A DNA stretch of 50,874 nt, from the NCBI GenBank assembly GCA_049318725.1, contig JBMOFU010000001.1:1-50874 (forward strand). Reading direction: 5' to 3'. Below the pieces are notes generated by a model. The model did no database searches. It was not told the DNA's origin and worked only from the letters and a program-made list of their open reading frames with translations. The DNA comes from Phototrophicaceae bacterium. GTDB taxonomy: Bacteria; Chloroflexota; Anaerolineae; Aggregatilineales; Phototrophicaceae. Both the position numbers and the translations under genes were made by a program. Shown in pieces: positions 9,111-17,755 of this stretch (position 1 is its first letter; every line of letters starts with the position of its first letter).

Positions 9111-10904
9111 ATGCACATCTTGGGCATTTCATGTTTTTATCATGATTCCGCTGCCGCTTTGTTGCGTGATGGGGCGTTGGTCGCCGCTGCAATGGAAGAA
9201 CGGTTTTCCCGCCAAAAACACGATAATCATTACCCTGAACAGGCGGTTGCCTTCTGCCTGCGTGAAGCGGGTATAACAGGCAAAGACCTCGATTATGTGG
9301 TGTTCTATGAAAAGCCGCTGCTCAAGTTCGAGCGGATTCTGCTTACTTCATTGAACACCTTCCCGCGTTCGGCCAATGTATGGCGTGATGCAATGGTGGC
9401 GTGGTTCAACGAAAAGTTGTGGGTCAAGAACATCCTGATGGAAAAACTCGGCATTCCGCCAGAGCGTGTGTTATTCTGTGACCATCACATGAGCCACGCG
9501 GCCAGCGCGTTCTTTGCCAGTCCGTTCCGTGAAGCGGCAGTGATGACGGTGGATGGTGTGGGTGAGTGGACATCCACCACATTGGGCAGCGCCACAAGCT
9601 ATTGGGAAGGCGAACCCAGCGGCGAAAACTGTATTGACCTGTTCCAAGAGCAACGCTTCCCGCATTCGCTAGGATTGCTGTATTCCACCTTTACCGCGTG
9701 GCTTGGCTTCCGCGTCAATAACGGGGAATACAAGGTCATGGGGATGACGCCCTACGGTGAGCCGAAGTATGTAGACCGCGTGAATAAAGTCTTTCGGCGG
9801 GGCAGCGATGCCAGCTTCATGCTGGATTTAGACTACTTTGCCTTCCACCGCTCAACAAGCCGAAGCTATAGCGACAAGTTCGTGGAATTGTTTGGGGAAG
9901 CACGCCCAGAGACCCTAGACTTCTTCACTATGAAGACCAACCCAGAACGCGCCGCCGAAAAAGAGTTGATGGCGCGCAACCAACACTATGCCGATGTAGC
10001 CGCCAGCATTCAGCAGGTGACTGAAGAAACGCTGATCGAGATGGCGAATTACCTCCACCGCAAAACCGGACACAAAAATCTGGTGATGGCGGGTGGGGTG
10101 GCCTTAAATACGAAGGCCAACTATCGGATTTTGTCTGAAACCCCGTTTGAGGAAATCTACATCCAGCCCGCCGCAGGGGATGACGGTGGCGCTTTAGGGG
10201 CGGCACTGTGGGCGCACTATATGGTACTGGGGAAGCCGCGTAAGTGGGTGATGCCGCACGCCTACTGGGGGCAGGGATACAGTGACGCCGAATGTAAGAC
10301 GTTCTTAGATTCGCTCAATGTCAAATATCATCGTTACGATGACAACGACGATAAAATGCTTGATGTTCTGGCCGATGATTTGACCCAAAGGCGGGTGATT
10401 GGCTTCTTTCAAGGGCGCTTTGAGTGGGGGCCGCGTGCGCTGGGCAACCGCAGTATTCTGGCAGACCCGCGTGATTCTGGCATGAAAGAGGTCGTGAATA
10501 CCAAAATCAAGTACCGTGAGCCGTTCCGCCCGTTTGCGCCTGTCATTTTACGCGACCGTGCGCCGGAATACTTTGATTATCCAAACGTGGAAAAGCACGA
10601 AGCCCCGCGCTATATGCTTATGGTCGCACCGATCAAGCCAGAAAAGGCTGATCAACTGGAGGCCGTCAACCATGAAGGCACCGGGCGCTTGCAGACCATC
10701 GAACGTGAAACCAACCCACGTTACTACGGTGTGATCGAACGTTTTGGGCAGGCCACTGGTGTCCCTGTCCTTCTCAATACCTCGTTTAACCTGCGCGGGG
10801 AACCGATTGTGACTAGCCCGCGTGATGCGTGGAATACCTTTAAGAACAGCGATATTGATATTTTGGCGCTAGGCGCTTTCCTTGTCCGCAAGAGTGACCT
10901 GTAG
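9111..10904 (+). CDS. Carbamoyltransferase (NodU/CmcH/SxtI family)
   Basis: N-terminal ILGISCFYHDSAAALLRDGALVAAAMEERFSRQKHD block and a C-terminal carbamoyltransferase domain (LLNTSFNLRGEPIV). Confidence 0.92.
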   Translation: MHILGISCFYHDSAAALLRDGALVAAAMEERFSRQKHDNHYPEQAVAFCLREAGITGKDLDYVVFYEKPLLKFERILLTSLNTFPRSANVWRDAMVAWFNEKLWVKNILMEKLGIPPERVLFCDHHMSHAASAFFASPFREAAVMTVDGVGEWTSTTLGSATSYWEGEPSGENCIDLFQEQRFPHSLGLLYSTFTAWLGFRVNNGEYKVMGMTPYGEPKYVDRVNKVFRRGSDASFMLDLDYFAFHRSTSRSYSDKFVELFGEARPETLDFFTMKTNPERAAEKELMARNQHYADVAASIQQVTEETLIEMANYLHRKTGHKNLVMAGGVALNTKANYRILSETPFEEIYIQPAAGDDGGALGAALWAHYMVLGKPRKWVMPHAYWGQGYSDAECKTFLDSLNVKYHRYDDNDDKMLDVLADDLTQRRVIGFFQGRFEWGPRALGNRSILADPRDSGMKEVVNTKIKYREPFRPFAPVILRDRAPEYFDYPNVEKHEAPRYMLMVAPIKPEKADQLEAVNHEGTGRLQTIERETNPRYYGVIERFGQATGVPVLLNTSFNLRGEPIVTSPRDAWNTFKNSDIDILALGAFLVRKSDL

Positions 10905-10919
10905 GAGAAATTTCAACCG

Positions 10920-11090
10920 ATGAACGCTTTTTTCAGCCGCTTAGGGGTACTGGGTGAACTGTTACAATTCCTCTGGGAGCGCAAACTCTATTGGCTCATC
11001 CCGATGATTGTTGTGTTGGTTGTGTTCGGCCTGTTGTTGCTCGTGAGCAATAACCCCACTACTGCACCTTTTATTTACTCGTTGTTCTAG
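10920..11090 (+). CDS. DUF5989/SxtK-like 56-aa membrane protein (absent from the ORF track)
   Basis: My translation: MNAFFSRLGVLGELLQFLWERKLYWLIPMIVVLVVFGLLLLVSNNPTTAPFIYSLF*. It has a single TM and the family-typical ERK.YWL.P and APFIYSLF ends. It starts 15 nt after the carbamoyltransferase stop. Confidence 0.75.
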   Translation: MNAFFSRLGVLGELLQFLWERKLYWLIPMIVVLVVFGLLLLVSNNPTTAPFIYSLF

Positions 11091-11100
11091 TGGGGTGAGG

Positions 11101-11451
11101 ATGCCAACTGAAACTGTAATCCTATTGGCTGGAGTTGTCTTTGGCTTGGGGGTAGGCTTGTTCACTGCACGAACGTCCGCCCGTCGTGACCCAATCTACG
11201 GCGGCGCGGTTGCGCGGTTCTTTCATTATTTGGCCGCTAGTGTGATGACGGCTTTGCCGTTGACGGTCATCGCCAGCGCCGCTGTGGGGGGTTTTCTGCG
11301 TGCGCTGACGGTTGGACTTGGTTTTTTTGTGACGTTGTGGGGGTGTGCGTTGATCTTCGCGTGGTTAGAACGCCCCGCACGCGAGGTAGCACTTGCCCGC
11401 AAAGTTGACCTCGGCTGGACGGAGCAGGACGCACGCACCTCTGGGCTATAA
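11101..11451 (+). CDS. Hypothetical 3-TM membrane protein
   Basis: ATG at 11101 preceded by GGGGTGAGG. Three hydrophobic spans. No recognisable family. Confidence 0.6.
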   Translation: MPTETVILLAGVVFGLGVGLFTARTSARRDPIYGGAVARFFHYLAASVMTALPLTVIASAAVGGFLRALTVGLGFFVTLWGCALIFAWLERPAREVALARKVDLGWTEQDARTSGL

Positions 11452-11464
11452 AGAGGTCATTTAC

Positions 11465-13867
11465 ATGGACGATGTTACCGAACGCGATAGGGCGATTGCC
11501 GAGCGTGCGACACGGCTCACGTCAGAAACCATTCGCCGTCAAATTGAGGCGATGGCCGAAAGCGGCGACCCTAATATCTCGCTCATTTCTGTTGCAGAAC
11601 GTAACCAGATCATCGAAGAAGTTGCTAAGATCATCCCTGCAGGGATGATCTTAGATTTTGTGTTCAGCGGGATCGTGAGCGCAAAAGACCGTACCCTCAT
11701 CGGCGATGAACGAGGGCGTTCTCACCTCAAAGCGCTGTTTAAGGGGGTATCGCTCATGCGCGATAACCTCTTGTATCGCATGGTATTTGCTGGCCCTGCG
11801 ACGGTCTTGGCGGGCTATAACCTTTTGTTGCAATTGGCGGGGGCTAAACCCGATGAATTTTTGCCAGAGGGAACTTGGCAGTTCTATGTAGAATTTGGCC
11901 TGCGGGAAGACCCGGCACGCCACCAAAATGAAACTGTGGGTTTTCAGCGCTATATCAGTCAGCAAAGCGCGACGTTCAATGAGGCGCAACAATTGGCAGC
12001 GTGGCTTTTGGCGTTATCGTGGGTACTGCGCGCCTATGAAGGGTTGATCGGCCAACTGTGGGAAGAAAACACCCGTTTACGCATCTTAGAAGAAACCACT
12101 GGCCTCACAGGGTTGTTACGTCAATGGGAAGTCAAACGCCCCTATAAAGCGGGGCTGTTTCACTTGCTTCAGGTGCGTAAAGCAGAGTTTGATGTCTTTT
12201 GTCGCACCCAACTGGACGCGGTTTCTGAGGCGCAACAGCAACAATTTGAAGCCCAGTGGGACAACCCTACTGCTCAAGAGGAACGCCGTCGTTTGCAGAA
12301 GGCGTATATCAGCCAGATGACGATTCATCGTTGGTTGGAAGCCGGCGATTACAATGACGAACGCAAGCGCATTGAACTCCCCGACCTGCGTTTGGCAGTG
12401 GTCTATCGTAACAACTACTATATCGTGCCGCTCTTGGATGTAGAGGCTGCCAATGTGGGGGAGTCTGCTTTACAGCTTGCCAATAGCCTCTTATTGCGCC
12501 AAGACCCCCCGCTGGCTGATGCAGATATGACCTTAATTGCCATCCCCCGTGCTGCACAGGCTAAGGTGCGGGTATTGCTAGAACCCGCCAGCCGTACTGA
12601 CCTAGATCAGCTGCGCGCTGCGCCCATCATCCTCAATTGGGATGCCGTCAACGCACAACATCCGCTCAGTGACATTCGTGTCACAAGCCGCCGTGGGGTA
12701 GGCGATCATGCGCTTTCGATCTTCCGCAGTGAAAGCAGCATGATTTTTGACTTTTCACACATCTTCTTTGACGGTCCTTGGGCAATGGCAATGGCAGAAA
12801 TCCTCACCAACAGCGCGGTGGTCGCTATTGAAGCTATCGAAGCCGCCCCTGTAACAGTGGCTACCTCCACAATGCCTTTAGCGCCGCTTGCCCTGCAAAC
12901 ATCCCCAGAATTTCTTCGCGCTGCGGCAAAATACCCGCCTGTACTACAATCCGTGAGCGCCGAATATAAGTTCCCCATTGCTCCGCTGCGCTCGGTACGG
13001 CGGGTGATTTCAACCCGTACCCCTCTGAACTTGACGATCAACGACCTATTGGTGTTATACCGTAGTGTGTTTAACCACTACTATGAGCCAAGCGACCGTT
13101 TAATTCGGGCGTTGAACGTCTTTCGTCGTAGCGCACAGGGGGCAGCCCTAGCAAAGCAAGTAGACGCAATGTTGGCTGAACGCAAGCAGATTAACCCCTC
13201 TTTGTTGATCCCTATTGATGCTTCGCGGGTGAACCCCAAAGAACGAATTTTCCCTAGTCCGTTTCGGAACCCTTTGACAAACTTTCATACTGAGCATCAA
13301 AACCTTTGGCAACTGTATGAACAGGCCAAACGCCCGCACCTCTTTGGAAGCAAGAACGACATCGAAACGTTTTATGCCGCCCGTGAACACTATCTTGGGG
13401 CATTGAGCGCCTTTAACAAGATTATCAGCCTGTACCGCTCTATTGCGCTTGAAGGTAAAACGATGAGCGCTACGGCCATCCGCCTGATTGCAGGACTACC
13501 GGGACCGGTTCAACGCCTAGCCGATGGCATCCCCGGTCAGGTTGCCGTTGTCAATGATGTCATCAAGGGGGAGGAAGTCTTTAGCAATGTCGGGCAAGTG
13601 GTGAAGGGGGCGTCAATCACGCGGTTTGCCAGCGCCAAAGATGACAATGATAAAAAGGTGTTGGTGTGGGGGATTATGACCGATGACCGTGATTTAATGG
13701 TTATCACGCTGCGTGACTTCCGCCCAGTGATTTTAGAGCTTTCGAGGCAGGGATACACAGAAATCGCTCAATTGGTGACACAAGATTTTCTACAGGGCTA
13801 TTGCGAAGGGTTGATCCGCTTTGTCAATCAAATGGAGGCGATTTTAACCGCCTCCAAAAGACGCTAA
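11465..13867 (+). CDS. Large (800 aa) hypothetical protein with no recognisable domain
   Basis: A long clean ORF. I chose the ATG at 11465 (MDDVTERD...) because it has an AAAGAGG RBS and starts 13 nt after the upstream stop. The tracked 11393 start overlaps the preceding gene. Confidence 0.8.
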   Translation: MDDVTERDRAIAERATRLTSETIRRQIEAMAESGDPNISLISVAERNQIIEEVAKIIPAGMILDFVFSGIVSAKDRTLIGDERGRSHLKALFKGVSLMRDNLLYRMVFAGPATVLAGYNLLLQLAGAKPDEFLPEGTWQFYVEFGLREDPARHQNETVGFQRYISQQSATFNEAQQLAAWLLALSWVLRAYEGLIGQLWEENTRLRILEETTGLTGLLRQWEVKRPYKAGLFHLLQVRKAEFDVFCRTQLDAVSEAQQQQFEAQWDNPTAQEERRRLQKAYISQMTIHRWLEAGDYNDERKRIELPDLRLAVVYRNNYYIVPLLDVEAANVGESALQLANSLLLRQDPPLADADMTLIAIPRAAQAKVRVLLEPASRTDLDQLRAAPIILNWDAVNAQHPLSDIRVTSRRGVGDHALSIFRSESSMIFDFSHIFFDGPWAMAMAEILTNSAVVAIEAIEAAPVTVATSTMPLAPLALQTSPEFLRAAAKYPPVLQSVSAEYKFPIAPLRSVRRVISTRTPLNLTINDLLVLYRSVFNHYYEPSDRLIRALNVFRRSAQGAALAKQVDAMLAERKQINPSLLIPIDASRVNPKERIFPSPFRNPLTNFHTEHQNLWQLYEQAKRPHLFGSKNDIETFYAAREHYLGALSAFNKIISLYRSIALEGKTMSATAIRLIAGLPGPVQRLADGIPGQVAVVNDVIKGEEVFSNVGQVVKGASITRFASAKDDNDKKVLVWGIMTDDRDLMVITLRDFRPVILELSRQGYTEIAQLVTQDFLQGYCEGLIRFVNQMEAILTASKRR

Positions 13868-13886
13868 TCCCTAAACGTATGACAGG

Positions 13887-14807
13887 CTAGACTTCTGCGA
13901 TTTGCACGGTTGCGTAAAAACTACCTGCGCTGGTGGGAACAGCGACAATAGTCAACGTACCATTCCACGAATTGCCTTGATCGTCTGTAAATGACCATGT
14001 GCTGTAGCCGATATTGGTGTCTCCGCCAGCGCTGACCTGTACCCAGCCGGTGACTGCTAATTGTGCATTGTAGAATGCGGTGAGTTCAGCGGCAGAAAGT
14101 GTGGTGCTGACCGTTGCCAATGTGCTGGCAATTTGTTCCCCCGGGAAGCCGCCGCTACCATTCCCAATACTAGAAAGGGTTGCCCCTTCAGGGTTGCTCA
14201 GGCTGGGGAGTAAGCGATAAGGGTCGCTATAGGGTGGGACTTCTTGCGCGTCCCCACACAAATAGGCGTCGCCCGGCTGACGCATAAAGACGATCACTGA
14301 GGTGTTACCCCCCGCAGGATTTGCTGTGCCATTGACGTTTACAAATCCCTCATTGCCGTTATAGCAATAATTGGCATTGAGGATGTCGCTGGCGCCGAAT
14401 CCTGTCGGTTGCCCGGCATCGTCGGTGACATCCCGCCAAACGGCTGCATCTGCAAAGGCGGTTTGATAGAACGCGGTCAACTCTGCGTTGGTAAGCGTGG
14501 TATCAAAGCTTAGGCGGGTGTAGGCTTCGGGTTCATTTTGGCTCACACTGCCGATGATGGTTGCGCCTTCTGGAATTGGTACGTTCATCAACAAGGTTTG
14601 TGGAAGTTCCCCAACCGTGATGGTTTGATTCACAACATACGGCGCGCCCGGCAAGCCGCCGAGTTCACGCTCGATAAAACGGCGCAGGGCTGCATCATCG
14701 CCGCCGATGACCGTAGTGCCGTTACCAGATTCTTGGGCAATGATGCCAAAGGCAGTTGCCATCAACGCCAATACAACAAAAAATAGGGTGTTCTGTTTGC
14801 GGTGCAT
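13887..14807 (-). CDS. Secreted protein with two internally duplicated modules
   Basis: Signal peptide (MHRKQNTLFFVVLALMATAFGIIAQE). An AGGAGAG RBS precedes the ATG at 14807. A repeated PEGAT...TL(T/S)xAELTAFY module is present. Confidence 0.75.
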   Translation of the reverse strand: MHRKQNTLFFVVLALMATAFGIIAQESGNGTTVIGGDDAALRRFIERELGGLPGAPYVVNQTITVGELPQTLLMNVPIPEGATIIGSVSQNEPEAYTRLSFDTTLTNAELTAFYQTAFADAAVWRDVTDDAGQPTGFGASDILNANYCYNGNEGFVNVNGTANPAGGNTSVIVFMRQPGDAYLCGDAQEVPPYSDPYRLLPSLSNPEGATLSSIGNGSGGFPGEQIASTLATVSTTLSAAELTAFYNAQLAVTGWVQVSAGGDTNIGYSTWSFTDDQGNSWNGTLTIVAVPTSAGSFYATVQIAEV

Positions 14808-14981
14808 CTTGATAGCTCTCCTCATTGCGAGAAAGTCATTCTCTTGTGACCTTACTGTAGCATGAAGCCATTTTCGAGGTAAGTGACGGCTACCCTACGC
14901 TTTGCCTGTGGTGCTTCTGGCAGAACACGCTATAATGTGGCGCTGGGTTTTTGTAGTTTTTCTGTGTATGGGAGTAGGGCA

Positions 14982-16517
14982 ATGCCGCGTGCGTTGATAA
15001 GCGTCCACGATAAGGTGGGGTTGGTAGAGTTTAGTCGGTCACTTATTGCGTTAGGGTGGGATATTGTTGCCAGTGGTGGGACGGAACGCGCATTGGTGGA
15101 TGCAAATGTACCTGTAACGCCTGTGGAGCAAGTGACTGGTGTGGCCGAAATGCTCGGTGGGCGCGTCAAGACGTTACATCCTGCAATTCACGCAGGCATT
15201 TTAGCGCGAGATCGTGATGAGGATTACCGCGACTTAGAAGCCAACGGCTACGGGCCAATCAGCATGGTAGTGTGCAACTTATATCCCTTTCAAGAAACGG
15301 TTGCCCAGCCGAATATCGCCATGCAAGATGCCATTGAACAAATTGACATTGGTGGCGTAACGTTGTTGCGCGCTGCGGCCAAGAATTTCTTCCGTGTGAC
15401 TGCGGTCTGCGACCCTTTCGATTACGCGGCAGTTTTGGCGGTGATTCAAGCAGAGGGGGAAGTGCCACTGGCCGTGCGTCAACGGCTTGCTGTCAAAGCC
15501 TTTGCCCACACCCGTGACTATGATACTGCCATTCACGCCTTCCTTGCGGGCGACCCTAAACCTGATGCAGAAACGACTTTGCCCGATCAAATTTCCTTTG
15601 GCGGCAAAAAAGTGCAAGCCATGCGCTATGGAGAAAATCCGCATCAGCAAGCCGCCTACTATAGCCGCAAGTCTGGCACGTCGGTGTTAGGCGGCGAGCA
15701 ATTGGCTGGCAAAGAGCTTTCGTACAATAACATTCTTGATTTAGACGCCGCTTGGCGCACCGTGTCATCGTTCAATGAGCCTACTGTGGTGATTGTCAAA
15801 CACTTGACCCCCACTGGGGTTGCTACCGATGAGAATTTGGCCGAAGCCTATCGTGCAGCATTGGCCTCTGATCCGGTATCTGCGTTTGGGGGGATCATTG
15901 CGCTCAACCGCGCAGTAGATGTGAACTTTGTAGAAGCGTTAGAGTCTATCTTCCTAGAGGCGATCGCTGCACCGGATTTTACGCCAGAAGCCGAAGCTTT
16001 ATTGATTGCCCGCCGCAAGAACTGCCGCCTCGTCAAGATCACCCAACCCTACGACGGCAGCGAAATTGAAGTGCGTAGCGTACATCGCGGCTTATTGATC
16101 CAACAAGTGGATATGGGGGATCCCGAAGACAGCGTTTTTCGCGTAGTCACTAACAAACAACCATCAATGGAAGAACTCAATACCCTCAAATTTGCGTGGA
16201 ACGTTGTGCAGCATGTAAAATCCAACGCGATTGTACTAGCCCAACCGAACAAAACAGTCGGCGTTGGCGGTGGGCTGCCAAGCCGCGTTGATGCGGTTGA
16301 AATCGCTATCAAAAAGGCCGCGAATGCTACAAACGGGGCAGTGATGGCATCCGACGCTTTCTTCCCATTTGCAGACGGGATTGAAGCCGCAATCAAAGCA
16401 GGCGTTGTAGCGGTTATTCAACCGGGCGGGTCAATCCGTGACAATGAAGTGATTCAAGCGGCCAACGACGCTGGCATCACCATGATCTTTACTGGCACGA
16501 GACACTTCCGCCACTAA
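14982..16517 (+). CDS. purH: Bifunctional AICAR formyltransferase / IMP cyclohydrolase
   Basis: MPRALISVHDKVGLVEF... MGS-like N-terminal domain plus an AICARFT domain ending FTGTRHFRH. The ATG at 14982 is chosen because a TATAAT box (14931-14936) lies inside the tracked GTG-14883 extension. Confidence 0.95.
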   Translation: MPRALISVHDKVGLVEFSRSLIALGWDIVASGGTERALVDANVPVTPVEQVTGVAEMLGGRVKTLHPAIHAGILARDRDEDYRDLEANGYGPISMVVCNLYPFQETVAQPNIAMQDAIEQIDIGGVTLLRAAAKNFFRVTAVCDPFDYAAVLAVIQAEGEVPLAVRQRLAVKAFAHTRDYDTAIHAFLAGDPKPDAETTLPDQISFGGKKVQAMRYGENPHQQAAYYSRKSGTSVLGGEQLAGKELSYNNILDLDAAWRTVSSFNEPTVVIVKHLTPTGVATDENLAEAYRAALASDPVSAFGGIIALNRAVDVNFVEALESIFLEAIAAPDFTPEAEALLIARRKNCRLVKITQPYDGSEIEVRSVHRGLLIQQVDMGDPEDSVFRVVTNKQPSMEELNTLKFAWNVVQHVKSNAIVLAQPNKTVGVGGGLPSRVDAVEIAIKKAANATNGAVMASDAFFPFADGIEAAIKAGVVAVIQPGGSIRDNEVIQAANDAGITMIFTGTRHFRH

Positions 16518-16541
16518 TAGGGGTAAGCAATAAGGTCGAAC

Positions 16542-16570
16542 TTGTCAAAGCATCCAAGCCATGATATAGT
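16542..16570 (+). promoter_or_regulatory. Promoter for tRNA-Thr
   Basis: TTGTCA (16542-16547), 17-nt spacer, TATAGT (16565-16570), ending 16 nt before the tRNA 5' end. Confidence 0.5.
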
Positions 16571-16586
16571 TTTACCTGTATAAAAC

Positions 16587-16658
16587 GCCACCGTAGCTCA
16601 ATGGCAGAGCATTCGCTTCGTAAGCGAGAGGTTATGGGTTCAAGTCCCATTGGTGGCT
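16587..16658 (+). tRNA. tRNA-Thr (anticodon CGU)
   Basis: Hand-folded cloverleaf. Acceptor GCCACCG/TGGTGGC, D arm GCTC-AATGGCA-GAGC, anticodon arm TTCGC-TTCGTAA-GCGAG (positions 34-36 are CGT), T arm ATGGG-TTCAAGT-CCCAT. CCA is not encoded. Confidence 0.9.
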
Positions 16659-16669
16659 CAAATCAATAT

Positions 16670-16695
16670 GCCCGCATTTTGCGGGCTTTTTTTTT
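16670..16695 (+). terminator. Rho-independent terminator after tRNA-Thr
   Basis: GCCCGC-ATTTT-GCGGGC followed by nine T residues. Confidence 0.85.
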
Positions 16696-16726
16696 GGGTC
16701 AACGGCCAAAAGGAACAGAGTGAACC

Positions 16727-17353
16727 ATGAATACGCAACCTATCACCATCGGGATTGCTGGCGGGACGGGTTCAGGGAAAACAACCGTTTCTAACGCGAT
16801 CTTACAACAAGTCGGCAGAGAGAAAATCGCCTACCTTGCTCACGACTCATACTACAAAGACCTCAGAAACCTACCGAAACACCAAAGAAAGGAAATTAAT
16901 TTCGACCACCCAGATTCGCTCGATACCGACCTGCTCATTGAACACATCAAGCAACTACAAGCACAGCAAGACATCCAAATGCCGATCTATGACTTTCGGC
17001 TAGATGAACGTCTGCCAGAATCCGAACACATCACGGCAAGGCCTGTCATCCTTATCGAAGGCATTTTAATTTTAGCGCTCCCGACCCTACGCGAACTGTT
17101 CGATATCCGCATTTATGTAGACACTGACCCCGATGTGCGCTTGATCCGACGACTACAACGCGATATTACCGAGCGCGGGAGAACGGTAGAATCGGTCATC
17201 AATCAATATCTACAGACGGTACGCCCTATGCACCTAGAATTCGTTGAGCCGAGCAAACGCTATGCAGACATCATCATCCCTGAAGGTGGGCATAACATGA
17301 TTGCCATTGACATGATTACCGACCGCGTTAAGGCAATGATGGGGAATTCATAA
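16727..17353 (+). CDS. udk: Uridine kinase
   Basis: P-loop IGIAGGTGSGKTT and the Udk core (YYKD...FDHPDS...D). Confidence 0.92.
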   Translation: MNTQPITIGIAGGTGSGKTTVSNAILQQVGREKIAYLAHDSYYKDLRNLPKHQRKEINFDHPDSLDTDLLIEHIKQLQAQQDIQMPIYDFRLDERLPESEHITARPVILIEGILILALPTLRELFDIRIYVDTDPDVRLIRRLQRDITERGRTVESVINQYLQTVRPMHLEFVEPSKRYADIIIPEGGHNMIAIDMITDRVKAMMGNS

Positions 17354-17431
17354 CGCAGTTTCGCTTGTTGAAGCGCTTATTGCTGTTTAGAATAGCGGTG
17401 AACTATAAGGCAATACACTGGAGAAACCCAT

Positions 17432-17755
17432 ATGACACAAATTCAAGAGTTTGACCAAAAAATACACCTCAAGCGCGACGAAAAAACCATCCCGCATTTA
17501 CAACAGTACGCCCCAGTCTGGATCATTGAAGAAATCCTCATTCCAGAGGATAGCTCCATCCAATTCAATGTACTGTTCTTCCACAACTTATACGGTTGGG
17601 TAAACCGCCGCTACCGCTACGACGGGTTTAACAACGTGCTGTATCACAAAGGACAAACCATCCTTACAGAAGACACTGCCCTAGAAATTATCGATGACAA
17701 AGCCCCCTACATCGAAACAACCCTTTCAGATACCTCCAATGCCTATGGTGGCTAG
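17432..17755 (+). CDS. Hypothetical 107-aa protein
   Basis: Clean ORF with a GGAGAAACCCAT-ATG RBS. No recognised family. Ends ...SNAYGG. Its 3' end overlaps the convergent GT4 gene by 30 nt. Confidence 0.5.
   Translation: MTQIQEFDQKIHLKRDEKTIPHLQQYAPVWIIEEILIPEDSSIQFNVLFFHNLYGWVNRRYRYDGFNNVLYHKGQTILTEDTALEIIDDKAPYIETTLSDTSNAYGG

Noticed and set aside
10962-11165. 67-aa minus-strand ORF.
   Set aside because: It is antisense to the conserved DUF5989-like ORF and to the start of the 3-TM gene. It has no RBS and low-complexity content.
11393-11464. Tracked upstream start (11393) for the 800-aa protein.
   Set aside because: It overlaps the preceding membrane-protein gene by 59 nt and lacks an RBS. 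The ATG at 11465 has AAAGAGG and a 13-nt intergenic gap.
14860-14960. Possible ZTP (pfl) riboswitch upstream of purH, suggested by GTGACGGC and GGCGCTGGG fragments.
   Set aside because: The conserved ACCGGG / CCGCCUGGGC elements are not present. A TATAAT box (14931-14936) sits between the two fragments, and I could not draw the pseudoknotted fold. This would need a cmsearch with Rfam pfl to settle.
17432-17755. The 107-aa protein ends in Gly-Gly, hinting at a ubiquitin-like or ThiS/MoaD-type modifier that might be a substrate for the JAMM protease.
   Set aside because: No E1/ThiF/MoeB-like gene is present in the window. The JAMM gene is 11 kb away in a different operon. The sequence shows no beta-grasp hallmarks that I can recognise. 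The terminal GG alone is weak evidence.
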